Positions 50,148 to 58,994 of a stretch of DNA of 64,000 nucleotides are shown in pieces (the stretch's first letter is position 1; every line of letters begins with the position of its first letter). The stretch covers positions 32,001 through 96,000 of IMG/VR virus record IMGVR_UViG_3300042884_000193; one strand, given 5' to 3'. The stretch comes from a virus. The translations under genes were made by a program, and so were the position numbers. A model generated the notes under the pieces. That model did no database searches and was not told the DNA's origin. It was given only the letters and a program-made list of their open reading frames with translations.

Positions 50148-50501
50148 TTAAGCTCGTTTACCGTCTTCTTCTCTCTTAGCCTTTATATATCCTGTTAACT
50201 CAGCAATGTTAGTACTCAACTGAGTCATGTGCGTAGTAAGGTTATCCATCTTTAGATCAAGCTTCTCGTGAGCAGCTTTCTGATCTTCTTTAAGTATTTC
50301 CATTCTATTATAGATGCTTGTCTCTTTAGCCATAAGATCTGTTTCTAGGGAGTCCATGTCACTTGCGAGTTTATCCACCTTCCCTTTCAACTTCCCTAGT
50401 TCCTGCTTAAGAGCATAATATGCTGATAAACCTGCACCTATTGTCATCACTATCCAGATAACATCTTTAGTGGTAAATACCCACGCTTCTGCTGATCCCA
50501 T
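50148..50501 (-). CDS. Single-TM coiled-coil protein, holin-like (117 aa)
   Basis: N-terminal hydrophobic helix VIWIVMTIGAGLSAYYAL followed by a coiled coil. Confidence 0.45.
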   Translation of the reverse strand: MGSAEAWVFTTKDVIWIVMTIGAGLSAYYALKQELGKLKGKVDKLASDMDSLETDLMAKETSIYNRMEILKEDQKAAHEKLDLKMDNLTTHMTQLSTNIAELTGYIKAKREEDGKRA

Positions 50502-51052
50502 TATAATTTCTTTAGAGGGTTAATAATTGCTGGTCCCATAGAAAGTGTTGTTCCTACATTATTTAAAGTTACAGCAAAAATAATATATATCGGTTGTGTA
50601 ATATCAAAAATAGTCGAGTTCGTATATCCCCCAGGTAATGTTGCTGTTGAAGTATTTTGCACATTAGTATTACTTGTAATACGAGTCATAGCATTAGCCG
50701 CACCCCCTGATGTAGAATTAATACCAAAGGCATAAGCTGCGGTACCAGTTGAAGCTCCGGCACTTAGTCCACCACCTAATTGAATAGGACTACCTGATAA
50801 ATTAGTAGTATTGTTCATATAAACCAGCATGCTTGTAGCACCTGTTCCCGCATAGTTTATAGCTGCTTCTACACTTCCAAAATCTTTATTTCCTACATTC
50901 CAATAATTACCAATCGTTAACGTATTAGCAGGTATAGTTAAAATCTTTACAATAGTTTGAGTTAATGTTCCTGTTAAAGTTGTAAACGTTGTATCAGATA
51001 CGGCAGCTATAGGTAACTGATTAATAGATGGTATTTGTATTTGCGTACTCAT
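50501..51052 (-). CDS. Fibre/spike-tip-like structural protein (183 aa)
   Basis: T/G/N-rich beta protein with an IPANTL motif. Confidence 0.5.
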   Translation of the reverse strand: MSTQIQIPSINQLPIAAVSDTTFTTLTGTLTQTIVKILTIPANTLTIGNYWNVGNKDFGSVEAAINYAGTGATSMLVYMNNTTNLSGSPIQLGGGLSAGASTGTAAYAFGINSTSGGAANAMTRITSNTNVQNTSTATLPGGYTNSTIFDITQPIYIIFAVTLNNVGTTLSMGPAIINPLKKL

Positions 51053-51083
51053 AATTATGCTTGGTTATAGATTGTAAATATAG

Positions 51084-52001
51084 TTACACTAGTGAAATAA
51101 TTAATAACTCTCCACCTGCTCCTGTAGCATTGTAAGCTACAGAACCTAGTGTATTATTAATAGCTCCGGCATCAAAGTTCATTGTTTCACCAGGTTTTAG
51201 TGTAACACCACCAACAGTTGCATTGATAGTTCCTACATTAGCAAATGACATAGAGTATCTACCTGCGGGTATAGTACCTGATGTACCTGCAGGTCTTAGG
51301 AAAGTAGGAGTTCTTTGAACACCTGCTTGATCACTAGCAATAGCAACTGATATAGAGTTAGCCATTGTCTGTTGACCTTCATTAGGTAATGCTCCGATAT
51401 TCACAGTACCATCTACAGTAATAGAACCTCCACCATCTGAAATATTAACGTGTCCACTTGCATTTACCTCAATAGTTTGCTGAATTCCACCAGCTGTAAC
51501 ACCTGCTACAAGAAAAGAATTTGGAGGTGCTGTAACCCCATCTGTTCCTACGCAATTATCTATAAGTTGAACACTAGTTTCAATCTTAGTAAGAGTCTCA
51601 TTACCAGCTTCAATAGCCCCTAATATAAGTGCTAATACAGCAGAAGGATCTGCATATACTAAACATCCTGGAGTAGCTGCCCCTGGAGGAACTACAGGTG
51701 TTGTACTACCTGGTAGATAGTATGTAATCGGACCCCAGGTAGATGTATCAGGATTCCATACCCGTACCTCTAAATATACTGTATCACCATTACAAGTATC
51801 TACTGTAAATTTAGCTTCATACTCTGTACTAGCTTGAAGTGTAGTAAGTATTGATGAAAGTATAAATTCTACATCATCGGTATTAGCATCAATAATTTTA
51901 AGTTGATCACAAGTACATTGAAGTCCTTGTAATACTTTTAACTCGTAGTTAAAGTTAGAGCCTTTATCTCCTTCTTTTGGGTTTCCGTTTCCTAGTGACA
52001 T
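51084..52001 (-). CDS. Fibre-like structural protein (305 aa)
   Basis: GDKGSNFNYELKVLQGL N-terminus, coiled coils, DGGGSITVDGTV, C-terminal beta domain. Confidence 0.55.
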   Translation of the reverse strand: MSLGNGNPKEGDKGSNFNYELKVLQGLQCTCDQLKIIDANTDDVEFILSSILTTLQASTEYEAKFTVDTCNGDTVYLEVRVWNPDTSTWGPITYYLPGSTTPVVPPGAATPGCLVYADPSAVLALILGAIEAGNETLTKIETSVQLIDNCVGTDGVTAPPNSFLVAGVTAGGIQQTIEVNASGHVNISDGGGSITVDGTVNIGALPNEGQQTMANSISVAIASDQAGVQRTPTFLRPAGTSGTIPAGRYSMSFANVGTINATVGGVTLKPGETMNFDAGAINNTLGSVAYNATGAGGELLIISLV

Positions 52002-52015
52002 AGTTTTATAATTTT

Positions 52016-52198
52016 TTAAGCTCTCTTTGGAGCATCTTGAGGATTTGCATAAAGTGCTAACTTTTCACGTGTATTAGGCTCTACCTTATCCTGATAACAT
52101 GTTATTGGACGGCCTCCTATAGGAGCTTTACATCCTGCTGATTTAGAACCAGGTACACTGTTATAATATTCTTCTAATGATCCTTTTCTTAATGACAT
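52016..52198 (-). CDS. Hypothetical protein (60 aa)
   Basis: Fills the gap in the operon. Confidence 0.55.
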   Translation of the reverse strand: MSLRKGSLEEYYNSVPGSKSAGCKAPIGGRPITCYQDKVEPNTREKLALYANPQDAPKRA

Positions 52199-52212
52199 AT
52201 GTTTAAGTTTTA

Positions 52213-52860
52213 TTAGTTAAAGTAAACTAGTGTTTGGTCAGACATAAACTCAATATCTATGTATGCTGTACCTACCCAAGATGCTCCAGCAGTTGCTACA
52301 ATAGATACAAAGTAGTCATCAAGACCTGCTATTGTATTATCCAGTACAATCGTTGCAAATGTAAGTGGTATAGCTGCTCCTGTACTTGCGTTTTTTACTA
52401 AAGCGTTTACTGTAAACTTACCAGATACTCCATTATATGTAGTTACGCCAAGAGCGCCAATCACACTAGCATCATTAATTAATCTAAGTCTAGTATCTCC
52501 TGATATTACACCAATTAGGTATGAATAAGACGATTGACCTATCCCATTAAAGTTTACAATACCACCTAATTTGTAAGTATTGTATAATAGTGGACCGCTT
52601 GTAATAGTATCAGGTAACTGTATAAAATCACTTTCTGCTTCTGGATCTAATATACCCGTTACATAGTTCATTTGAGTACCCGGAGCAGGTACTATAGATG
52701 CAGCAAAATCTTCTACGGTCATACCATAAGACTGGTACTTGTCTCCGCGTTTAGCGTAAGTTACGTTGTTACCAAGAATTACAAGATCTTGTGTAGGATC
52801 TTGTACTGTAGTTTTTACTAGTTTGTTTTTGAGTAGGTATACCCAGTTTAAAATATCCAT
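52213..52860 (-). CDS. MDILNW-family fibre paralog (215 aa)
   Basis: Shares a ~55-aa N-terminal module with two neighbours. Confidence 0.7.
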   Translation of the reverse strand: MDILNWVYLLKNKLVKTTVQDPTQDLVILGNNVTYAKRGDKYQSYGMTVEDFAASIVPAPGTQMNYVTGILDPEAESDFIQLPDTITSGPLLYNTYKLGGIVNFNGIGQSSYSYLIGVISGDTRLRLINDASVIGALGVTTYNGVSGKFTVNALVKNASTGAAIPLTFATIVLDNTIAGLDDYFVSIVATAGASWVGTAYIDIEFMSDQTLVYFN

Positions 52861-52861
52861 C

Positions 52862-53413
52862 TTAGTTATTTATTGTATAAAGTTCATAATAAACGTACAA
52901 ATCACCATCCCAGTTATTAACCCCAGCTATTGTAGGATTAGCGTTATAAAGATTAAACTCTAATCCGTTTGAAACTCCTGTAGCAATTAAATGAGGGATA
53001 ACATTATCAGTTATAGTGTTTTTGTAATACACTGAGTATTGTACATATACGTTATCTCTGTTAGTTATAGTAAGGTCTAGATCTGGATTATCAATCAAGA
53101 AAGAAACTGAAGTAGCATAAGCTGCACTAGGTGTTAAAGGAGCAGATGTTCCCATATTGACAATATCAATAATACCACGGGCAGTAGTTACTGTTACAAC
53201 GCTAGTAGCTGCAATATCTAACTCATAGTGAGCCGTATTAGCAATGAGACCTGCTTCAATAAAATCTTCAGCAGGCATGGCATAAGATTGATACTTATCT
53301 CCCCGTTTTTGGAATGATACATCAGCACCAAGCACTAGTAAGTCTTGTGGACTGTCTAGTGTGGTTCTGATTAAGTCTTGTTTCTTTATGCCTAGCCAGT
53401 TAAGGATGTCCAT
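52862..53413 (-). CDS. MDILNW-family fibre paralog (183 aa)
   Basis: Same N-terminal module, different C-terminus. Confidence 0.7.
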   Translation of the reverse strand: MDILNWLGIKKQDLIRTTLDSPQDLLVLGADVSFQKRGDKYQSYAMPAEDFIEAGLIANTAHYELDIAATSVVTVTTARGIIDIVNMGTSAPLTPSAAYATSVSFLIDNPDLDLTITNRDNVYVQYSVYYKNTITDNVIPHLIATGVSNGLEFNLYNANPTIAGVNNWDGDLYVYYELYTINN

Positions 53414-53416
53414 TTT

Positions 53417-53539
53417 TTACATTTTTAGTTCATTAAGGGCTTGCAAAATAACCTCTACATCTTTTAGAGTATATACTCCTTTTAATGTAGCTGCATTTAA
53501 CGCTTGCTCAATAATTTCAATTGCTCTTTCTTTTTCCAT
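53417..53539 (-). CDS. Small helical protein, possible fibre chaperone (40 aa, not in ORF track)
   Basis: MEKERAIEIIEQALNAATLKGVYTLKDVEVILQALNELKM; TAATG-coupled to the fibre gene. Confidence 0.65.
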   Translation of the reverse strand: MEKERAIEIIEQALNAATLKGVYTLKDVEVILQALNELKM

Positions 53540-55278
53540 TATGCTAGTAATACTTTTTGTGCTACTCCATTGATTATTACAGTCCATGTTTTACTAGAAG
53601 ATACTGTTGTTTCAGTAGTAACAGCTCCAGCGTTGTAAGTAGTAGAACCTACAACAAACTGATTACTTCCAGTTGCAGTAGCAGCTCTACCTAAAAGAAC
53701 AGATCCACTAAAGTTACCTGATACAGTGTTTGGTCCGATGGCTACGTTATTAGCTCCAGTAGTGTTAGCTTGAAGAGCTTGATAACCCATAGCTACGTTA
53801 TTACTTCCTGTATTACTTTGTAAAGCTTGGTAACCTATAGCAACAGCATTAGCTCCACCGTTTTGTAATGCAGATTGCCCTACAGCAGTTCCGAAGTTAC
53901 CTGTAAAACTAGTCATTGCTGCAGAACCTACAGCAGTATTACCGTTTCCTCCAACATTAGCTCTTAAAGCTTGGTATCCAAGTGCAGCATTACCAGTTCC
54001 TGAAGAATTATTTAATGAAGCTTCAAATCCAACAGCTACGTTAGCTGATCCACTTGTGTTATTTGAAAGTGCAAAAGCTCCAACTGCTGTAAGTTCACCC
54101 GTAGTGTTAGTACTGCTAAACAAAGCGCTTACCCCAACAGCTACATTATAATTTCCAATAACGTTATTTTTTAAAGCTTCTGAGCCAATAGCCGTGTTCT
54201 GAAGACCGGAAGTATTAAATCGTAAAGCCTGTACTCCAACAGCAACGTTAGCTGCTCCGCTTCCATTAGAATACATAGCGGATGATCCAACTGCTGTGTT
54301 GTTTCCGGCAGCATTATTATATAAGGCTTGTGAACCAATAGCAGTGCTTCCACTAGAATTTGAATTTAAACGCAAAGTGTTGTAACCCACAGCTGTGTTT
54401 TCTCCTCCAGCAGCAGCTTGTTCCATAGAATAACTACCTATGGCTGTGTTATAATTACCAAAAGTTATTGTGACACCAGCTTGATTTCCTACAAGAGTAC
54501 AGCCAGTAGATGAAATTAAACTATTTCCTGCATAACTTCCAATAGCTGTGTTTTGAACACCGTTTGTATTACTTCTTAATGTATTATAACCATATGCTGT
54601 ATTTTCAAAACCAATGGTATTAGCTTCTAAAGCATTTTGTCCAAAACTAGTGTTAGAAGGGGCGTCATTTTGACCATTATTCCAAATTGTTCTATCAGTG
54701 TTATTCCACTCTAAATGAGGGATCTGTGTTTGATATACAGGAATGTTAATTACTCCACCGCCTAATGTTGCAGCACCACCTGTACCAGTAGTAGTTAAGC
54801 TATTAGTAGCTCCTGAAGGACCCGTTGCTCCAGTTGGACCTTGTAATCCAGTGGCACCAGTAGCTCCATTTGCACCTTGTGCAGCAAGTAATGCCCAGTT
54901 AGTAGGATCTGCAGAAGGATTGGTAGCAGATGGACCTACAGGATTTATACAGAACCAAGATGCTCCGCCATAGCCTACGGCATCATCAATTACATAAGTT
55001 CCTCCAGCAGACCAAGCTCCTTGCCAGTTTAAACCAGCAGGACCTACAGGACCAGGTATACCAGCAGGACCGGTATTACCAGCAACTCCTTGAGGACCAG
55101 CTGGGCCAGCAGGTAAGATTTGAGCAAAGTCTCCAATCTCCATTGCGTAGTTCTGATAAAGATCTCCGCGTTTATTAAATCCTACTTTAGAACCAAAGAT
55201 CATTAAATCTTGAAGGTTAGCAGGTTGTGTACGTACAAATTTGTTTTTAGCTAGATATAGCCAGTTTAGAATGTCCAT
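53539..55278 (-). CDS. Fibre/adhesin: MDILNW module, collagen repeats, CBM-like WQGAW domain, 14-aa NxAxG beta-roll repeats (579 aa)
   Basis: GPAGPQG triplets, WQGAWSAGGTYVIDDAVGYGGASW, many NTAxGxxAL repeats (YadA-head-like). Confidence 0.8.
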   Translation of the reverse strand: MDILNWLYLAKNKFVRTQPANLQDLMIFGSKVGFNKRGDLYQNYAMEIGDFAQILPAGPAGPQGVAGNTGPAGIPGPVGPAGLNWQGAWSAGGTYVIDDAVGYGGASWFCINPVGPSATNPSADPTNWALLAAQGANGATGATGLQGPTGATGPSGATNSLTTTGTGGAATLGGGVINIPVYQTQIPHLEWNNTDRTIWNNGQNDAPSNTSFGQNALEANTIGFENTAYGYNTLRSNTNGVQNTAIGSYAGNSLISSTGCTLVGNQAGVTITFGNYNTAIGSYSMEQAAAGGENTAVGYNTLRLNSNSSGSTAIGSQALYNNAAGNNTAVGSSAMYSNGSGAANVAVGVQALRFNTSGLQNTAIGSEALKNNVIGNYNVAVGVSALFSSTNTTGELTAVGAFALSNNTSGSANVAVGFEASLNNSSGTGNAALGYQALRANVGGNGNTAVGSAAMTSFTGNFGTAVGQSALQNGGANAVAIGYQALQSNTGSNNVAMGYQALQANTTGANNVAIGPNTVSGNFSGSVLLGRAATATGSNQFVVGSTTYNAGAVTTETTVSSSKTWTVIINGVAQKVLLA

Positions 55279-55342
55279 GATTAGATTAGATTAATGGATT
55301 AGTATATAGTATAATATAAGAAGACTTGTTTACATATGCAAA

Positions 55343-55780
55343 TTATAACTGGACATATACATCTGTAATGTACCAGCTATTAACAGGATCTGGATTAGCA
55401 ACTACAGTCACTGCTCCAGGATCACCTGTATTACCTAGTGCCATTATGGTTATAGAAGGATAAGTACCCGCATCTAACTGCACTCCTGCAACAGGTTGTA
55501 CAGAATAATTATCAGGCGTAACGTTTTTAATCATTACAGTCTGACCATTCAAACTATTAGTAGATGGTAAGTATACCGTAGGGCTTGTAGCTGTAGTAGC
55601 TCCTGTTAAGAAAATATATGTAAGGTAACTTGTAAACTGTGCACAGCTTAATGAGTACTCAGTAATACCAAGAGTATCAAAGTCTAATACAATAACAGTA
55701 GGAGCACCTAAAGGTGTAGATCTTGGATCGGGTTTAGTAGCTACATTTGTAGCAAATATATTGTTAGGAGGTGTTGGCAT
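55343..55780 (-). CDS. Structural beta-sandwich protein (145 aa)
   Basis: TVYLP...GQTVMIKN pattern typical of phage fibre domains. Confidence 0.55.
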   Translation of the reverse strand: MPTPPNNIFATNVATKPDPRSTPLGAPTVIVLDFDTLGITEYSLSCAQFTSYLTYIFLTGATTATSPTVYLPSTNSLNGQTVMIKNVTPDNYSVQPVAGVQLDAGTYPSITIMALGNTGDPGAVTVVANPDPVNSWYITDVYVQL

Positions 55781-56070
55781 TATTTTAATCTTTTATTGTT
55801 TCCTTTTCCATTGCGGGCCCTGTTAGTAGATCTTGATTCCTTAACCAACTTGCCTGTTTTTGTATGAGATTCATCTTTACCGTTACTGTTCCCGTAGGTA
55901 CCTGCTGCACGGTTTGCCATGTTTAGCTTAGCTCTATACTTATTTCTCTCAGGTGTACTGTGATACTCTTTATTATAAGCATTCTTTTTAGCACGAGCCT
56001 CAGGATGACTAGCAAAATACTTTGCAGACTTGCTTTTTCCTGTAGATTTTCCCGCTAAACTATTTCTCAT
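55780..56070 (-). CDS. Basic HNH-like protein; start reassigned to 56070
   Basis: GKDESH...NRARNG resembles a degenerate HNH; TATCTTTA element just upstream. Confidence 0.5.
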   Translation of the reverse strand: MRNSLAGKSTGKSKSAKYFASHPEARAKKNAYNKEYHSTPERNKYRAKLNMANRAAGTYGNSNGKDESHTKTGKLVKESRSTNRARNGKGNNKRLK

Positions 56071-56165
56071 ACTATAAAGATACAACAACAAATATAAAAA
56101 TATCTGTAGAAAAAGCATTGAAAATCAAAAAAAATTCATAATCTTGTATAAGATATCCACACTAT

Positions 56166-57164
56166 ATGAAGCTAACCGCTACTGGTAAACTCGCTAAAGA
56201 GTATCTAAAGAAGTATCCTAAACTTCCAATCCAAACACTTGCTAAACTTATGCTTGCTGAAAATGAGCTACACTTTAATAGTATAGATCATGCACGCTCA
56301 CTACTTAAAGCACATGCTGGACTAGGAGGTAAACTTACCAGAAAGACTGTAGACCCTGAGTTACAAAGACCCATAACATATAACTATGCACCCTTTAATG
56401 ATATACCAAAGTCATATAAGTCTGGACCTAATGACTTTATACTACCAGATGATGCCAATCATATTCTTGTTCTTTCTGATATACACTTCCCTTATCATGA
56501 TGAAGAAGCTCTTGGTAGTGCTATTCAATATGGAATTGCTCAAGAAGTTAATACAATTCTCCTTAACGGTGATGTTTTAGATTTCTACCAGCTGTCACGG
56601 TTTGACAAGGACCCTTCTAAACCTAAGATGCAAGTAGAACTTGAACAAGGTAGATGGTTTATGAAAGCATTACGTACAGCATTCCCTAAAGCTAGAATTT
56701 ATTACAAGATTGGTAACCACGAGGAGAGACTTGAGAAGTGGCTAAGGATTAAAGCACCTGAATGGATTGGTATGGATGAGTTTGAGTTGAAGATGCTCCT
56801 AAGATTTGGAGAGAATCAAATTCAACTTATAGAGTCTACATCTACCATCAAGGCAGGTAACTTAAATATCATTCACGGTCATGAATATCTAGGTGGTGGT
56901 ACAGTGAACCCTGCAAGAAACTTATATCTTAAAGCAAAGGCTAGTACTATCTGCGGTCACTTTCATAGAAAATCAGAATTTATAACAAGAGACATTAACA
57001 ACAATATCCAAGGAGCTTGGAGTACTGGTTGCTTATGTGAGTTATATCCTGAGTACATGAAAGGTCATTCCGATTGGGTACATGGATTTGCAGTAGTTAA
57101 AATAGAAAAGGATGGTACCTTTTCAGTAGATAACAAGATGATCATTGATGGGGTAGTATCATAA
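56166..57164 (+). CDS. Calcineurin-like metallophosphoesterase (332 aa)
   Basis: SDIH, NGDVLD, GNHE, HGH and GHFH motifs. Confidence 0.9.
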   Translation: MKLTATGKLAKEYLKKYPKLPIQTLAKLMLAENELHFNSIDHARSLLKAHAGLGGKLTRKTVDPELQRPITYNYAPFNDIPKSYKSGPNDFILPDDANHILVLSDIHFPYHDEEALGSAIQYGIAQEVNTILLNGDVLDFYQLSRFDKDPSKPKMQVELEQGRWFMKALRTAFPKARIYYKIGNHEERLEKWLRIKAPEWIGMDEFELKMLLRFGENQIQLIESTSTIKAGNLNIIHGHEYLGGGTVNPARNLYLKAKASTICGHFHRKSEFITRDINNNIQGAWSTGCLCELYPEYMKGHSDWVHGFAVVKIEKDGTFSVDNKMIIDGVVS

Positions 57165-57166
57165 CT

Positions 57167-57388
57167 ATGGCAACTTATATTAAAGCAGGAACATATCAAG
57201 TACCTCATTCTGATGAACAGATTGAGGCTAACATATATATAGACCCGCGAGTAATACAAGTACTTGATAGTGAAGAAGAACTAGTAGTAGAACTTACCTA
57301 TGAAGAACTCCGTGGTATCATGGCCATCATGGCAGCAGAGCAAGAGAAGACTCACTTCCGTATCCAAGCTCTAGGCAGAAACAATTAA
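57167..57388 (+). CDS. Hypothetical protein (73 aa)
   Basis: Starts 2 nt after the phosphoesterase stop. Confidence 0.65.
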   Translation: MATYIKAGTYQVPHSDEQIEANIYIDPRVIQVLDSEEELVVELTYEELRGIMAIMAAEQEKTHFRIQALGRNN

Positions 57389-57395
57389 AAAGAGA

Positions 57396-57462
57396 GTAGG
57401 GTCTACGTTACGAGCAGATCCTATCCCGAGATAAGATGTGTTTGGAGTAAAGCAGACCCTAC
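57396..57462. terminator. Long imperfect hairpin between convergent genes
   Basis: GTAGGGTCT...AGACCCTAC 9-bp inverted repeat with further inner pairing; no clear U-tract. Confidence 0.45.
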
Positions 57463-57465
57463 GTA

Positions 57466-57756
57466 TTAATATACAATTGCTACAGCATGGTCTTGAACCA
57501 TCATGTAGTCAACTCCATCTAGTTGTACTAGCTCAGCATTAGATAGCATACCAGCGCTAACATACACCTCATCACCAGACTTAAGATCAGTAACATCAGT
57601 ACCTACAGCAAATACTGTAAGACGAGTCCACTTGATCATCATCTCCTGGTCAAGCTGTGCCTGAACCTCTGGAGTTATTTCTATAAGAGACTTTATTTCT
57701 GATACTGGCTTAGTAATCAGGATGCGTTTTCCGCGTAGTTGTTTGAATGCGCTCAT
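57466..57756 (-). CDS. groES: GroES/Cpn10-like co-chaperonin (96 aa)
   Basis: LRGKRILI...VFAVG....LKSGDEVYV...DGVDYMMV.....AI pattern; TATATTTG at 57780-57787. Confidence 0.8.
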   Translation of the reverse strand: MSAFKQLRGKRILITKPVSEIKSLIEITPEVQAQLDQEMMIKWTRLTVFAVGTDVTDLKSGDEVYVSAGMLSNAELVQLDGVDYMMVQDHAVAIVY

Positions 57757-57799
57757 GTGTTTATTGGTTTAATGTGTGACAAATATATACAAGAATTTG

Positions 57800-58000
57800 T
57801 TACGGGCAAGAATTTTTTTTATGCTCCCGCCATTCCATATAGAATCCGACAGCTACTATAAGATTCATACCTACAGAAGAAAGTATCTCTACCAAGTCCT
57901 CGTAGACATTAATACTGAGGTGGATGTGCCCAACTGTCCAGAAAGGAATAGCTAGGTTAGAAGATATCCACCGTAGGGTATAGGTAATAAACTGTAGCAT
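57800..58000 (-). CDS. Small membrane protein; start reassigned to 58000
   Basis: Two hydrophobic segments; TATATTTG at 58008-58015. Confidence 0.55.
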   Translation of the reverse strand: MLQFITYTLRWISSNLAIPFWTVGHIHLSINVYEDLVEILSSVGMNLIVAVGFYMEWREHKKNSCP

Positions 58001-58099
58001 CTCGTAACAAATATAGCGTAAAATTGTTACCACACTATAGTATGTTTTAATAGTCATTAACCCCAATTTCACAGGCTAATGCATAGTATATCATACTTT

Positions 58100-58990
58100 A
58101 ATGTGGTTTATAGGGAACAAAAAACCTGGTTTTTATACCCTGTAAGGGATGTTATCATGTATAGAGAGTATACTCCGTACCTCCCCGGGTACGTTTCATA
58201 GTACAGATATCAGGATAAACCTGGCACCATTGATATGAGATAGATGTGGTTAATAACATCTGTCACATATATATGCTAAATTTGTGACGCAAATATCTAC
58301 TATACTTGCGACAGCTATAGTGGAAAATAATCACCAGAATCAGCCCTTTAGTGGAAAATAATCCCCAACCCCCTTGCGCTAATCCGCCATTACTGGAAAA
58401 TTTTAGGAGTATTGGCGAACTATAGAGTGCCAAACTCCGTAACAAAAAGGTGCCAAACTCGGAAGTTCTCCGAATTACCCTATATAATTTTGCATGAATT
58501 TTTCCAGAAATTACATGCTCCGGCATATAGTAATCCAATATACCCCATATCTATACGTAGGGACATATAGTCCCCGGGTAGTAATCTTTACCGGGACACC
58601 CCCCGGGCAGGGTGGAGGTAGGGGATTTATATTGTGGGAGAGGGTGTAAGGGGTGTTCTATAGCGATGGCCCGGCTCGGCTGGCTGGCGGGGGTACCCCC
58701 TGGCTCTTGGAGGATCACTCATCTGGTCATCTGCTTGAGGGGGGTGGCTACCTTCTGCGACGGGCAAGGTTCTCATGCTTGCTTGCACTGCATGCACAGC
58801 ATGGCCAACACGACCGTGGCACTGCTCCACACAAACACCAGACCACACAGCCACAGCCTCCTACGTCGGCTCTGTCTGCGTGTTGCTCCAAAGAAACTCA
58901 TTATCGCCAAAGGCGGTGCTTAACATTTAAGTACTGACTCGCGTGTAATGGACTACGCTTCAAGTGTCCTATAATAGCCCAAAAACTTAT
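58100..58990. repeat. Non-coding strand-switch region with direct repeats, palindromes and G-tracts
   Basis: TAGTGGAAAATAATC x2 (58318, 58349), GTGCCAAACTC x2 (58427, 58450), TCCCCGGGTA x2 (58182, 58571), palindrome GGGGGTACCCCC (58689). Confidence 0.75.
58885..58905 (+). promoter_or_regulatory. Repeated early-region element, copy A
   Basis: GCTCCAAAGAAACTCATTATC, 110 nt before ATG 58995. Confidence 0.55.
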
Positions 58991-58994
58991 ACAA

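Noticed and set aside
3727-55178. Numerous short plus-strand or alternate-frame ORFs in the track (e.g. 3727, 11710, 18355, 37274, 41938)
   Set aside because: They are shadows of longer minus-strand genes and show no recognisable motifs.
52213-55278. DGR or shufflon acting on fibre paralogs
   Set aside because: No reverse transcriptase, recombinase, near-identical template repeat or inverted crossover sites were seen.
1-58000. Stop-codon reassignment as seen in some crAss-like phages
   Set aside because: Genes are long and contiguous in the standard code, and TAG ends genes at natural boundaries (e.g. 28154, 42461).
58263-58937. ORFs at 58263, 58612, 58627 and 58653
   Set aside because: Mutually overlapping, GC-driven open frames across repeats, with atypical composition and no leaders.
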